From Octopus vulgaris (taxonomy: Eukaryota), in the NCBI GenBank assembly GCA_951406725.2, contig OX597818.1:128464001-128528000 (forward strand): a DNA stretch of 64,000 nucleotides, written 5' to 3'. How positions within the stretch are numbered: the stretch's first letter is position 1; every line of letters begins with the position of its first letter. This document shows, piece by piece, positions 13,150 through 25,749 of the stretch. The notes under the pieces were generated by a model. It was not told the origin of the DNA. It searched no databases and saw only the letters and a list, made by a program, of their open reading frames with translations. A program made the translations under genes and the position numbers.

Positions 13150-13966
13150 ATATTTCGGAATGGTCATATTGCCAGTTTAGCCAATAAAAACACACGCACT
13201 ATATATTTGGTGTTATTTTGCTTCAGTGATATTTATTTTTTACATTAATCTTAATCTTATTTCGGCCAAAGTTCTTTCGTCACACTCCTGTGACCGCATC
13301 AGTGGTCCTTTGTTTTCTTCTCACTTACTTGTGTCTCTCCTTACTAACCGTCAGCCATTTTGTATTTCTATTGTATGTCTTCATTTGCACATGCTTATAT
13401 CTCTATGTGCGTCTATGTTTATTTAGTGTGTGTGTGGGGGGATGTCTGTAATATTTGTATCTTCTGGTTATATACATTCTTGTAATTTGTATTTTGTTTT
13501 TGTTGTTGTTGCTTTTGTTCTAATTTTGTTCATGTGTTTACATCCACCCATTATTATCATTACATATGCTTGTATGTATGTATAACAACAATATTAGTAA
13601 TAATAATAATAAATCTAATCGAGAAAAAAAAAAAAAAAAAAGAATATACATATACATATATATATATATACATACATATACATATACATATATATACATA
13701 TATACACACATATATACACATATACATATACATATATATACACATATACATATATATAGATATTCATTTCTATTTCTTTAATTACCTGTGTATTTATTAT
13801 GTTTGCAGGATCCACTATTGTCATATGTTGTGGTGTGCGCTATTGCTCCATTCTAGTTTTCTATTCAGGCTAGGTTTATTTTCTATTATATGTGTAGCTT
13901 CTGTAATTTGTCTAATTGTTGCATCTGTTCTATGTGTGGACAATATCTTAATCTCTATGTTATTGA

Positions 13967-14599
13967 TTGATCCCCCGTGTTCTTGTTCGGCGTGTTGGTA
14001 CAGAATCGATGAGCTTTTACCTTGAGGCCAACTCTTGGTATGATAGCCATAAATACCAGAGTGTCATGTTCGTTGACACCACCCCTGGAGGTGAACTAGC
14101 GTACCGCTTTAGAAGGACCCTAGATAAACTTAAACTAAGAATTAAGGTTGTTGAAAAGCCAGGCAACCCTATCAGATCTATAATTGGTAGAACCTATCCT
14201 TTTAGTAGAACTCTCTGTACGGAAAACTATTGCACTGTATGTAGATTTAGCCCACAAACGAACTGTAAAGCCAGAAATGTGGTCTATAGTATAAGATGTA
14301 TAGAGGGACGATGCAGTAACAAGACAGTAACATACGTAGGGGAAACTGCAAGAAGCATTGGTGAGCGGGTGAATGAACATTGGAGACAACTCAAGGAAGG
14401 TAAAAGCTCATCGATTCTGTACCAACACGCCGAACAAGAACACGGGGGATCAATCAATAACATAGAGATTAAGATATTGTCCACACATAGAACAGATGCA
14501 ACAATTAGACAAATTACAGAAGCTACACATATAATAGAAAATAAACCTAGCCTGAATAGAAAACTAGAATGGAGCAATAGCGCACACCACAACATATGA
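13967..14599 (+). CDS. PLE C-terminal Cys-rich linker + GIY-YIG endonuclease (truncated; first ~19 codons come from the inverted arm)
   Basis: [30 protein letters not shown]...[32 protein letters not shown]...PSLN; frame uninterrupted. Confidence 0.9.
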   Translation: MIPRVLVRRVGTESMSFYLEANSWYDSHKYQSVMFVDTTPGGELAYRFRRTLDKLKLRIKVVEKPGNPIRSIIGRTYPFSRTLCTENYCTVCRFSPQTNCKARNVVYSIRCIEGRCSNKTVTYVGETARSIGERVNEHWRQLKEGKSSSILYQHAEQEHGGSINNIEIKILSTHRTDATIRQITEATHIIENKPSLNRKLEWSNSAHHNI

Positions 14600-15114
14600 C
14601 AATAGTGGATCCTGCAAACATAATAAATACTCAGGTAATTAAAGAAATAGAAATGAATATCTATATATATGTATATGTGTATATATATGTATATGTATAT
14701 GTGTATATATGTGTGTATATATGTATATATATGTATATGTATATGTATGTATATATATATATATATGTATATGTATATTCTTTTTTTTTTTTTTTTTTAT
14801 CGATTAGATTTATTATTATTATTACTAATATTGTTGTTATACATACATACAAGCATATGTAATGATAATAATGGGTGGATGTAAACACATGAACAAAATT
14901 AGAACAAAAGCAACAACAACAAAAACAAAATACAAATTACAAGAATGTATATAACCAGAAGATACAAATATTACAGACATCCCCCCCACACACACACTAA
15001 ATAAACATAGACGCACATAGAGATATAAGCATGTGCAAATGAAGACATACAATAGAAATACAAAATGGCTGACGGTTAGTAAGGAGAGACACAAGTAAGT
15101 GAGAAGAAAACAAA

Positions 15115-15159
15115 GGACCACTGATGCGGTCACAGGAGTGTGACGAAAGAACTTTGGCC
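15115..15159 (+). ncRNA. Hammerhead-like motif in PLE 3' region (8-nt variant core); mirrored at 13264-13308 (-)
   Basis: CCA-CTGATGCG-GTCACA-ggag-TGTGAC-GAAA-GAAC-TT-TGG, in the same sense as the PLE ORF. Confidence 0.65.
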
Positions 15160-15334
15160 GAAATAAGATTAAGATTAATGTAAAAAATAAATATCACTGA
15201 AGCAAAATAACACCAAATATATAGTGTGTGTGTTTTTATTGGCTAAACTGGCAATATGACCATTCCGAAATATAACAATATCTGTTTCAACACACGACTT
15301 CACATAAAAAATCTTGCACAACAAATATTTAAAC

Positions 15335-15381
<47 letters not shown>

Positions 15382-16220
15382 CACACAACGGGCTTCTTTC
15401 AGTTTTTGTCTACCAAATTTACTCACAAGGCTTTGGTTGGCCCAAGGCTATAGTAGAAGACACTTGTCCAAGGTGCCATACAGTGGGACTGAACCTGGAA
15501 CCATGTGGTTTGGAAGCAAACTTCTTGCCACACAGCCATGCCTGTGCCTAATTAAACAAGTCCTCATTAGTGTACTGAAGGAAGACTGCATTCTGTTGTA
15601 ATTTTCAAACTAAGTCTCCAGGTCAGAAGTCAATGTCCTCCCTTCTTTCTCAAATATGGTTATGGACACTGCCCTGCCCCGCCCCACTCTTCTGTTTAGG
15701 TCATGTAAAAATAAAGCAAAAAACTTGAGTAAACCAGCTTTGATAGGATGTTTATATTGCATGCGTGTGAGTGTGTGTGTGTGTGTATGTGTATACGTGG
15801 GTGTATGTGAGAGAAGGGGCGAATGGAAGGGGGATAAGAAAGGGAGTGAGGGGAGAAAGTGGTAGTAGCGAGGAAATTAGAGTTTTTATAGACTTATTGA
15901 AAGAATGGTTAAATAAATAGTGGGACCTTGAAAACATAATTAAAAGTCTTGAAAATTGTTCCAAGATGGTTATTTTTCATTCAACATCTGTTACATCCAA
16001 TTAATGAATGTTTTGTATTCTTTGTTCAGTCTCGTGTCTGCTTGTCTATATAAGTACTAGCTGGCCCCCGCACCGTCAAAAATGACAGCTAATTGTAGTA
16101 TTTTATATATAAATAAGGTATAAAATAAGGTACATAATAATCACACATACAAACATTCACATACTTCCCTGGTATACACACACACATACACACATATATT
16201 CAAACAGAGATGAAATACAT

Positions 16221-16640
16221 CTTTTACTCTTTTACTCTTTTACTTGTTTCAGTCATATGACTGCGGCCATGCTGGAGCACCACCTTTAATCGAGCAACTC
16301 GACCCCGGGACTTATTCTTTTGTAAGCCCAGTACTTAATCTATCGGTCTCTTTTGCCGAACCGCTAAGTGATGGGGACATAAACACACCAGCATCAGTTG
16401 TCAAGCGATGTTGTGGGGACAAACACAGACATACAAACATACACACACACATATATATATATATATATACATATATACGACGGGCTTCTTTCAATTTCCG
16501 TCTACCAAATCCACTCACAAGGCATTGGTCGGCCCGAGGCTATAGTAGAAGACACTTGCTCAAGGTGCCATGCAGTGGGACTGAACCCGGGACCATGTGG
16601 TTGGTAAACAAGCTACTTACCACACAGCCACTCCTGCGCC
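16221..16640 (-). mobile_element. SINE family B, full length
   Basis: Reverse complement of 6754-7195; partial copy also at ~15385-15545. Confidence 0.9.
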
Positions 16641-17060
16641 TTCTTTTCAGCATTCAACCTTCACCATCCCATTTCCATTGCACACACACACACACAAGCA
16701 CACACATACACACATGCACACACACACATACACACACACATACACATACAAACATTCACATACCTCCCTTTTACATACACACACATATACTCACACAGAG
16801 TTGAAACGCTGACTTTCTTTCACACCTTCATTCATTATTCATCTATCACCCCTTCCTTTCTCACTCTCATGTTGTGAAAAACAGAAGATACACGATGCAC
16901 TCTTTGCTACTTCCATTCACTCATCGCTATTACTTTCTCTCACTCTCTGTCAGTCAGGGCTATTACTCTCACTACTTCTCCTTCACTGAATTACTATTTT
17001 CTCTCCTCTCCCTTCACTTATACTACTCTTTCTCCTACTACATAATTTCGGACAAATATA

Positions 17061-17118
<58 letters not shown>

Positions 17119-17538
17119 TATACATATATATATACAAATAATAAAAAAAAAAAAAAAAAAAACATATATACAAATATATAAAAACACTACGCTCATTATT
17201 ATATTAGATGTTGTATGTTTAGATAAATTAGTGTGCTTGTATGTACCTATATTCCTATTTACCTAACTACTTACCAATCTGATTTCCTACCTACCCACCA
17301 ACCTACCTACCTATCTATCTACCTGCCGACCTACCTACCTAATTGGCAGCCAATTCCTTGAACACTCACACTGTTTGTCGGTCTGTCAGTGTGCCTTTCT
17401 ACCTGTTTGTTTGCATGCCTATTTGTTAGTCTGCCAACCTGTTCACATGTATCTCTCTGTTAATCTACTTCCTGATATACATACATGTGTATACATCTGT
17501 TTGTATGTCTACATAAGTGTACATACCTCCATCCATCC

Positions 17539-17905
<367 letters not shown>

Positions 17906-18213
17906 ATCATTTTAATGTCCACATTTCCATTCTGGCATGGCTTTGATAAAATTTGTCGAGGCAGATTTTCTATGGCTGGGTGTCCTTGCTGTCACCAACT
18001 CTTGCCTGTTTCCAAGTAAGTTAATATTCCCCATAATCAGAAATGTTTTTTGCGGAAGTTTGGAAACAGAGAACACCACTTGAATGACAGTGAAACTCAT
18101 TTACAACTATCATATGCTGTCAAGACAAGAAGATAGTAATGCACGCACACACTGAGATAGTACACATATATATTCACATATACCCACACACATACATTCA
18201 TACATATACATAT

Positions 18214-18306
<93 letters not shown>

Positions 18307-18309
18307 TTG

Positions 18310-18546
18310 TGTGTGTAAAAAGATTTGAGCGAGGTCATTGCCAGTACCGCCTGACTGGCCCCCGTGCAGGTGGCACGTAGGAAGCAATCACTACACTCTC
18401 GGAGTGGTTGGCATTAGGAAGGGCATCCAGCTGTAGAAACTCTGCCAGATCAAGACTGGAGCCTGGTGCAGCCATTTGGTTGCCAGCTCTCAGTCAAAAC
18501 CGTCCAACCCATGCTAGCATGGAAAACGGACGTTAAATGATGATGA

Positions 18547-18610
<64 letters not shown>

Positions 18611-18833
18611 AAAAAGATTCGAGTGAGGTCATTGCCAGTACTGCCTGACTGGTGGCACATAAGAAGCACCCACTACACTCTCGGAGTGGTTGGCATTAGG
18701 AAGGGCATCCAGCTGTAGAAACTCTGCCAGATCAAGACTGGAGCCTGGTGCAGCCATCTGATTGCCAGCTCTCAGTCAAAACCGTCCAACCCATGCTAGC
18801 ATGGAAAACGGACGTTAAATGATGATGATGATG

Positions 18834-18835
<2 letters not shown>
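18310..18835 (+). mobile_element. Two tandem copies of (GAT)n-tailed SINE family D
   Basis: aaaagatt.gag.gaggtcattgccagtac...ccgtccaacccatgctagcatggaaaacggacgttaaa(tga)n occurs twice, ~290 bp apart, including the TA/TG flank. Confidence 0.85.
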
Positions 18836-18866
<31 letters not shown>

Positions 18867-18945
18867 TGCACACACACACACACATATATATTGAGAATAA
18901 CAAGGTAGTCAGAATGTTGGATGATTATATATATTTTTATTTACA

Positions 18946-18984
18946 TTTTTAGCGCTTTCTTCCATTATTGGATTTATCAGAAAA
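18946..18984 (-). ncRNA. Degenerate minimal hammerhead motif
   Basis: Minus strand: TTTT-CTGATAA-aTCCAataaTGGAa-GAAA-GCGC-TA-AAAA; G8 is mutated to A. Confidence 0.55.
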
Positions 18985-19042
18985 GTGGTTTACAGTTAGT
19001 TTGCTTCACCTTTTGATATGAAATTGTAACTGGTGATGTTTT

Positions 19043-19074
<32 letters not shown>

Positions 19075-19509
19075 GGAACAAATTAAAAAAGGTGCAAGGG
19101 TAAGAGAGGAGGAGAGAGTGGGAGATTGTGAAGACAGAGAAGAGAAAAGAAAGTAGGAGTGTGTTTTGGGGGTTTTGTGAAGGAAGGGAAAAAAAAGAAG
19201 AAAAATGTTTGAGAGGGAGGGGGAGGTCAAGGAGGGGGAGGTCAAGGAGTCGCAGCTTTTGTATGAAGGTGCAAAACTGAATATTACCAATTGGTCAATA
19301 ACTGATGAAGAATTATGGTTCTTCTGTTTGTCTCCCATTTGTTTTTACATTCAGTTTACATTATGTCATTTGTTTATTTACCAAAGATTATTTTCATTTA
19401 TTAAGTAATGGAACACAACACACACCAAATTTATATATACATATATATATTTGCACACATACATACAACCACATGCACACACTCATATATGTGTGTGTGT
19501 GTTTGTGTT

Positions 19510-19543
<34 letters not shown>

Positions 19544-20013
19544 CTAGCAGTATCGCCCGGCGTTGCTCGGGTTTGTAAGGGAAATAACTATATAAGCATT
19601 TTTAGAGAGTTACTTCCCTTATAGATGCCAATTCGGGCTTTCTTAGCCATTTCTGTTTTGGTGTCTTCAAGCCATGAAGTCGTTGTTCTAAAAATGCTTT
19701 ATAGTTATTTCCCTTACAAACCTGAGCAACGCCGGGCGATACTGCTAGTTGGTCAATAACTGATGAAGAATTATGGTTCTTCTGTTTGTCTCCCATTGTT
19801 TTCACATTCAGTAACATTATGTCATTAAAACGGAATAAAAAATGATGTTAAATTATTTTTAAAATCGTAAACACAACACACACCAAATTTATATATACAT
19901 ATATATATTTGCACACATACATACAACCACATGCACCGCAAAATGTGGGAGTAGTTAGGAATCTAAATCGAAGAGGACAGACACTCACACAACTACAGTT
20001 TTATATATATAGA
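19544..20013 (-). mobile_element. Rearranged Helitron with inverted second 3' end and interleaved local flank copies
   Basis: CTAG ends at 19544 (-) and 19748 (+); 19749-19826 copies 19291-19370; 19870-19936 copies 19412-19478; Helitron 5' end at ~20013. Confidence 0.85.
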
Positions 20014-20929
20014 TATATATATATATAGTCACACAAATATATATTTATATATATTTTTATAGCCAGTTTGGTTACTGTTTGTGTAACACTACTTATACAT
20101 GTTTCCTATTTGGAAATAGATAATAAATATATTTTACTTTTGAAGTAGGAATATATATAATAAATACGTCACTTATAACTTACTTATAAGTGCTATCATT
20201 ATACATAAATCCTGACTCCAGTTACATAAAAGCCATAGCAAGAAATATATACTCTGAAACGCTAACGGACATTTTATGCGTGAATGTATGTTGAAGATAA
20301 ATAAATTCATGTTCTTTTAACCGTTATAAAAAAAATACACAGTTTCATAATTTCAGAAATAAATTTCATTAACAAGTTGAAGAACATGAAGAAAGAGAAA
20401 ATAATTACTACCTTAGTTTATTTATGTACATTTAGCATTTATAGTACAATTGGAAAGTAAAGTTATTTGTTGTAGAGAATTATGACTTAAAATTCACACT
20501 AGCTAATCCTTCATACTAACTACTAAAGTTTACAATTCAAATAAGTCTTGTTGGATTTTTATCATAGACATGGCATAAAAAATAGCCAATATCTCAAGGA
20601 GTTAGTGTCATGGAGTTTAGTAACATCCTACGATTACTGAGTGATTTCCCAAAAATCAGGGTTTTTATAACTGCTCATATCCAAATTCTAAGAACTGTAT
20701 TTCATGAAAGATTTCTTTGACGAAAGCTTAGAATTCGTATATGGGCAGTAATTTTAACCAATGGGATTACCACCAATTATGCTTGTTCGAGCAAACGACC
20801 ATTACATCGTATTGCCGCCTTTTATGACTTGCTACAATATATATGTATACATGTATATATGTATGTATGCATGTATGCATGCATATATGTATTTATATAT
20901 GTATGTATGAATACTTGCATGTAAGTATG

Positions 20930-22330
20930 AACCAGGAGTATATACTTCAACAATGGAAGGAAGCTAACATTGTCACTGCTTGCAGAAACATAGGCAACAA
21001 ATCTCTTTTCTCTAACAGAAGAGATACAGTGCTCCTTTTCATTGTTTATGCTTAGAGAACATCACTCCAGAGTCACAGAATGACTTCCACAGTAAATATC
21101 TTTATGACAAGACAACACCAGGAGAAATGTTGGATGTAACAACAGAATCTATTCATTGCATTTGTGGAAATAGCAAAAAGATTTTGATTTGGTCAGCAGA
21201 GAAATTCTGTGTGTTCCATGAATGACTGGTTGCTCTCCAGATTTTTGAATCTCCTATGGAGGAAGATGGCTTCACAGAGGAATGATGGCTGAGATGACTG
21301 TATCATTATTACATGCCTGAAATGTGAGCCCTTCAGTGTAAAAACAGGGGTCAGACATGGTTGAATCTTAGTTCCTGTATTGTTAAATATTTTCCTTATC
21401 TATATGACCACACTTTTATGCAAGAAGATGGAAAAAGAGGCAGGTGTCATGATTGGGAAGCACTCCATCGGTTACAACGATGAGGGTTCCGGTTGATCCG
21501 ATCAACGGAACAGCCTGCTCATGATATTAACGTGCAAGTGGCTGAGCACTCCACAGACACGTGTAGCCTTAACGCAGTTCTCGGGGATATTCAGCGTGAC
21601 ACAGAGAGTGACAAGGCCGGCCCTTTGAAATACAGGTACAACAGAAACAGGAAGTAAGAGTGAGAGAAAGTTGTGGTGAAAGAGTACAGCAGGGATCACC
21701 ACCATCCCTGCCGGAGCCTTGTGGAGCTTTAGGTGTTTTCACTCAATAAACACTCACAACGCCCGGTCTGGGAATCGAAACCGCGATCCTACGACCGCAA
21801 GTCTGCTGCCCTAACCACTGGGCCATTGCGCCTCCACTCATGATTAATTTATGATTCAATAGAAACATTTTCAACACTAAAAAGCCAGCACTAAGCTCAA
21901 ACAGAAAGAGATTTTGATCTCCAGTATACTGATGTCTGTACGTGTCTCATCATCTGTGAGCTCTATAAGCCAACTTGTCAATAGTTGCTACAGTCTATAA
22001 AAATAATTAACCTGAAAATTAGGAGCTAGAAAACTGAGGACATCAGTCAGAGGCACACTACATTATGCTCTTTCTTCCTCCACTTTCTCAGTACAACAGA
22101 AATAACTAACCACAACCTCCTAATTCATATACCCAGGCAGTATAATTTCCTATGACCGCACACTGGATGATGGTATTGAAAACTGCTTTAGTCTTCTGTA
22201 GTCATTGTAAGGCTCAGAATGACAGTCTTCTAAATAACCATCTCTAGCTCTATACTCCACGTCTGCTTAGCAGTCATGCATTTCTACTCTCCAATAAGGA
22301 TGTGAGATATAAACCACTAAAACAAAATGT
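20930..22330 (+). pseudogene. Decayed RTE/BovB-type reverse transcriptase
   Basis: WKEANIVT, PESQNDF, RQHQEKC, FIAFVEIAK.FDLVSRE, PFSVKTGVRHG*ILVPVLLNIF, LQYTDV; many stops and frameshifts. Confidence 0.8.
21455..21837 (-). mobile_element. SINE family A inserted in the RTE remnant
   Basis: Near identical to 2102-2490; 8-bp TSD tcatgatt at 21447-21454 and 21838-21845. Confidence 0.9.
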
Positions 22331-22636
22331 TCAAATCTGCCAGATCTAATCTTTCACACCTATCCTACAATATCATTCGAAAAATAAACAATCATATCGT
22401 TGAAATCTCAAAACTATGAGATATTGCATAATTAACTCAAAATAATGTGAATAAATAAGTATTACTTAAGTACCAGTGGATCATTGAGGTCAATGTAATT
22501 GACTTACCCCTCCCCCGAAATTGCTGGCCCTGTGCTAAAATTTGAAACCGAAAATCATGTTTATGTTCTTATGAGTATAGTCCTTTATCCTTATGTATTT
22601 TCACAATAGTGTCATTATAATATAATAGATCTTTTT

Positions 22637-22797
22637 GAGTGGCTGTGTGGTAAGTAGCTTGCTTACAAACCACATGGTTCCGGGTTCAGTTCCACTGCGT
22701 GGCACCTTGGCAAGTGTCTTCTACTATAGCCTTGGGCTGACCAAAGCTTTGTGAGTGGATTTGGTAGATAGAAACTGAAATAAGCCTGTTGTATATA

Positions 22798-22866
<69 letters not shown>

Positions 22867-23085
22867 ATGTGTGTGTATACATTTGTGTGTCTGTGTTCGT
22901 CCCCCCAGCATTGCTTGACAGCCGATGCCGATGTTTTTATGTCCCTGTAACTTAGCGGTTCAGCAAAAGAGACCGATAGAGTAAGTACTAGGCATACAAA
23001 GACTAAGTCCTGGGGTCGATTCGCTTGACTAAAGGCAGTGCTCCAGCATGGCCGCAGTCAAATGACTGAAACAAGTAAAAGAGTA
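22637..23085 (+). mobile_element. SINE family B
   Basis: Family sequence with internal TA tract and gtaaaagag tail. Confidence 0.88.
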
Positions 23086-23356
23086 TAGCTATAGCTGTAT
23101 TATAATATCCTGTGATCTGAGAAAAAATCTTATGAGCAGAAAGTCTAGATATTTGCAATTAAATACTCTTAACTATGCTATAAAATTACTGCTCTAGGAT
23201 GGCTGGAATTTATATTAACATATAAGTTTTCATTGTATTTGACCTGAAACTACATCCTCTGTAACTGCTCTTATTCAAGAATTGTCAGCATCAACAAGGA
23301 AGGGTCATACTCAGACACAAGTAGACTTTCATTGTATTTAATTATATGTATGTATG

Positions 23357-23388
<32 letters not shown>

Positions 23389-23593
23389 TGTATGTATGTA
23401 TGTATGTATTTATGCCTGTCTGCGCATCTGTGCCGTCAGCTTGTCACCCAACCAGCAACATTACTAAGACTGCTTAATGGGGAAGATGATTTTTGGACAC
23501 TGGATAAAAATGCAATTGCAGTGTGGAAGGTGTTTATAAGCCATTTAAAAACACACAAAAATCATTAGATTCACATCAACATTTAAATTTTAA

Positions 23594-23644
23594 TTTGTCA
23601 AAGTATTTTCGTCACTTTGAGACTGTGACCATGCCACTGACAAA
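23594..23644 (-). ncRNA. Hammerhead-topology motif with non-canonical or decayed core
   Basis: Minus strand: TTTGTCA-gtggcatg-GTCAC-agtctcaaa-GTGAC-GAAA-atac-TT-TGACAAA (7-bp stem I, 5-bp stem II). Confidence 0.45.
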
Positions 23645-24039
23645 ATTCCGTGCAGCACATGATCTCAGATCAGGTCACTTGCTATGCAAGTACATCTCCA
23701 TAATAAAAAGGCAAAATCTGTCAAAGGGCAGATGAACTGAGGTTAGTCAATCATCATCCAATAATGTGTAAATATGCATGTGTATTTGTTGATTTGTTTG
23801 TGTGTATGTGTGTGTATGAGTATGTACATGTAGGAAGCATATGAGAAAATGACAATGACGGTTTTACACATCTTTATTAAATGGTTACAGTTGTTTAGAT
23901 ACTTTATGGAATCATTTCATCAACTTACATATTGGTTTATACATATAAAATTACATAAATGCATACAATAATCAATGAAGGTTGCATTAATAATCTTTTA
24001 GGATCAGATTAAAGTTGTAATATTGAAGTATATTATTGA

Positions 24040-24960
24040 GTTATATCCACACCTGTAAATGTAATAACTTAGAACTAGAGAGAAGTAGAAAAATGTTTAG
24101 AAGTTTCATTAGAAATATAAGGTTTTCTATCTCTTTGGAACATAATTGTAAGGTAACAAGCTTTCTGGACATAGCATTAAAATTAAATACTGGGTTTCAT
24201 CATCTATATAACAAGCCCAATGAAAACAATAACATTAATAATGTCTCTTCTGATAACAAACTTAATAGTAATTCCATTCAAATAACCAATATCTTAAGAA
24301 TAATCTTTATATATAAAACTGAAGTTGTATGTGTGAGAGTCTGTCTCCTCCAATTTAGATTCCTAACTACTCCCACATTTTGTGGTGCAGTTTAACCAAA
24401 AGCGAGTATCTTATAGTCGTGATTCATATCGAGCCCTTCTGGGTATTAGTGCACATCTACGATGAGTCTACGATGATAAAAAAATTTACCATCATTTTTC
24501 GCATTTTTAATGCATTTTTTGCTCGGTTTATATAAGGGAAGTAACTCTCTAAAAATGCTTAGTCATTTCCCTTACAAGCCCAAGCAACGCCGGGCAATAC
24601 TGCTAGTGTAAAATATAAATGTTCTGCTGAAACGCACAATAAAGTTCATTATTACATAGGTGTGACAGCATACAAATTTAAACTTAGATTACATAAGCAC
24701 ACTTCTTTAAATATAAAAGAAAAACATACAGCAGCACATTAACTAAAATCATCTGGGATCTCAAAGAGGAAAGTTTCCATTACTCAATTTCATAGTGATT
24801 ATAGGAAGTGCAATTCCATACAAGGTGGGGAAGTTGTTATTTGTGTTCAGTAAAAGCATTAGAAATTCTCAAAAGTAGGTCTAATTCAATTAATAAGCAT
24901 AATGAATTATCAATCTGTTGCAACCACTTATTTAATAAAACTTTCTTAAAATTTCCACTT
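24040..24960 (+). pseudogene. Decayed Penelope-like RT thumb + GIY-YIG, interrupted by a Helitron
   Basis: NCKVTSFLDIALKLNTG..YNKPN; after the insert: YIGVTAYKFKLRLHKH..STLTKIIWDLK..PY..CYLC..INKHNELSICCNH. Confidence 0.75.
24304..24606 (+). mobile_element. Non-autonomous Helitron (short form)
   Basis: A|TC...gcccaagcaacgccgggc..CTAG|T. Confidence 0.85.
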
Positions 24961-25749
24961 AAAATTCCATTTAACTAACTTACTTGAATCAAATAGTATA
25001 AATGGTAATGTTTCTAACCTTATAATTCTCTCAACTCTCACTCACATTATTTCTTATGTAACCAACTAATCATTCAATTCTTAACTGATGTATCTAATTT
25101 AGTTTTTATGTAATGTTAGTTTTAATGTAATTATAAGTGACACAGTATCCAAGGCTTGAGGACTAAGATGGTGCACAAATCTTTTCCATGGTTCTATTCT
25201 AATTCCTTCCCTACCCTTATATCTTTCTTTATTCATTTTAGTTCCTTTAAAATCTCATCTTTATTTGTTTGTTTCCTTTTTTATTCTACTATTCCTCCCT
25301 CTGAGATTGCTGTAATAAAATGCCACCTCTTTGAATTTCTGGTTTATTGTTTAAATTCCTATCACTCCACCAATATACATGCAATCAATTAAACTAACAA
25401 CCACTTGACCCGTCAGAGCCAGCGTTCTGAATCACTTGCGCTTGATAAAGTAAAAGACATTGTTATATCCCTTATCTTCATTATCCATCCACTAAAATAT
25501 CACTAGGATGGAGTAAAAACTTGTGTCATTTATTACCTTGGTATACCATACTCGCACCATCTCTCAATATATTTGTTGGAAATTACTCAAAATATACTCT
25601 GGCCTGAAGTGATGGTCAGTGGTAACCTTATTGCTTATTGCATGAATTTACATTATTTTTTTTTTAATTTATAAACCATGTAAATCGGTGTAATTGTTCC
25701 ATCATCAAAACGATTGTAACCATTTGATAAAGATATGTAATATCAACAT

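Larger units (their letters stand above)
13143..15335 (+). mobile_element. Young 5'-truncated Penelope-like element with inverted terminal arm
   Basis: 13143-14023 is a near-perfect reverse complement of 14397-15281; GIY-YIG ORF inside; (TA)n on both sides; hammerhead-like motif in each arm. Confidence 0.92.

Noticed and set aside
15670-15690. GC box ccccgcccc as a promoter
   Set aside because: Single motif with no CpG island or downstream gene
16055-16130. Different Helitron 3' end on the minus strand (CTAG plus hairpin)
   Set aside because: Single copy in the window with no matching 5' end found
23882-23930. Minus-strand TTGATGA...TAAA-CAACTG-TA hammerhead-like relic
   Set aside because: Core, GAAA and both stems are all damaged; too weak to call
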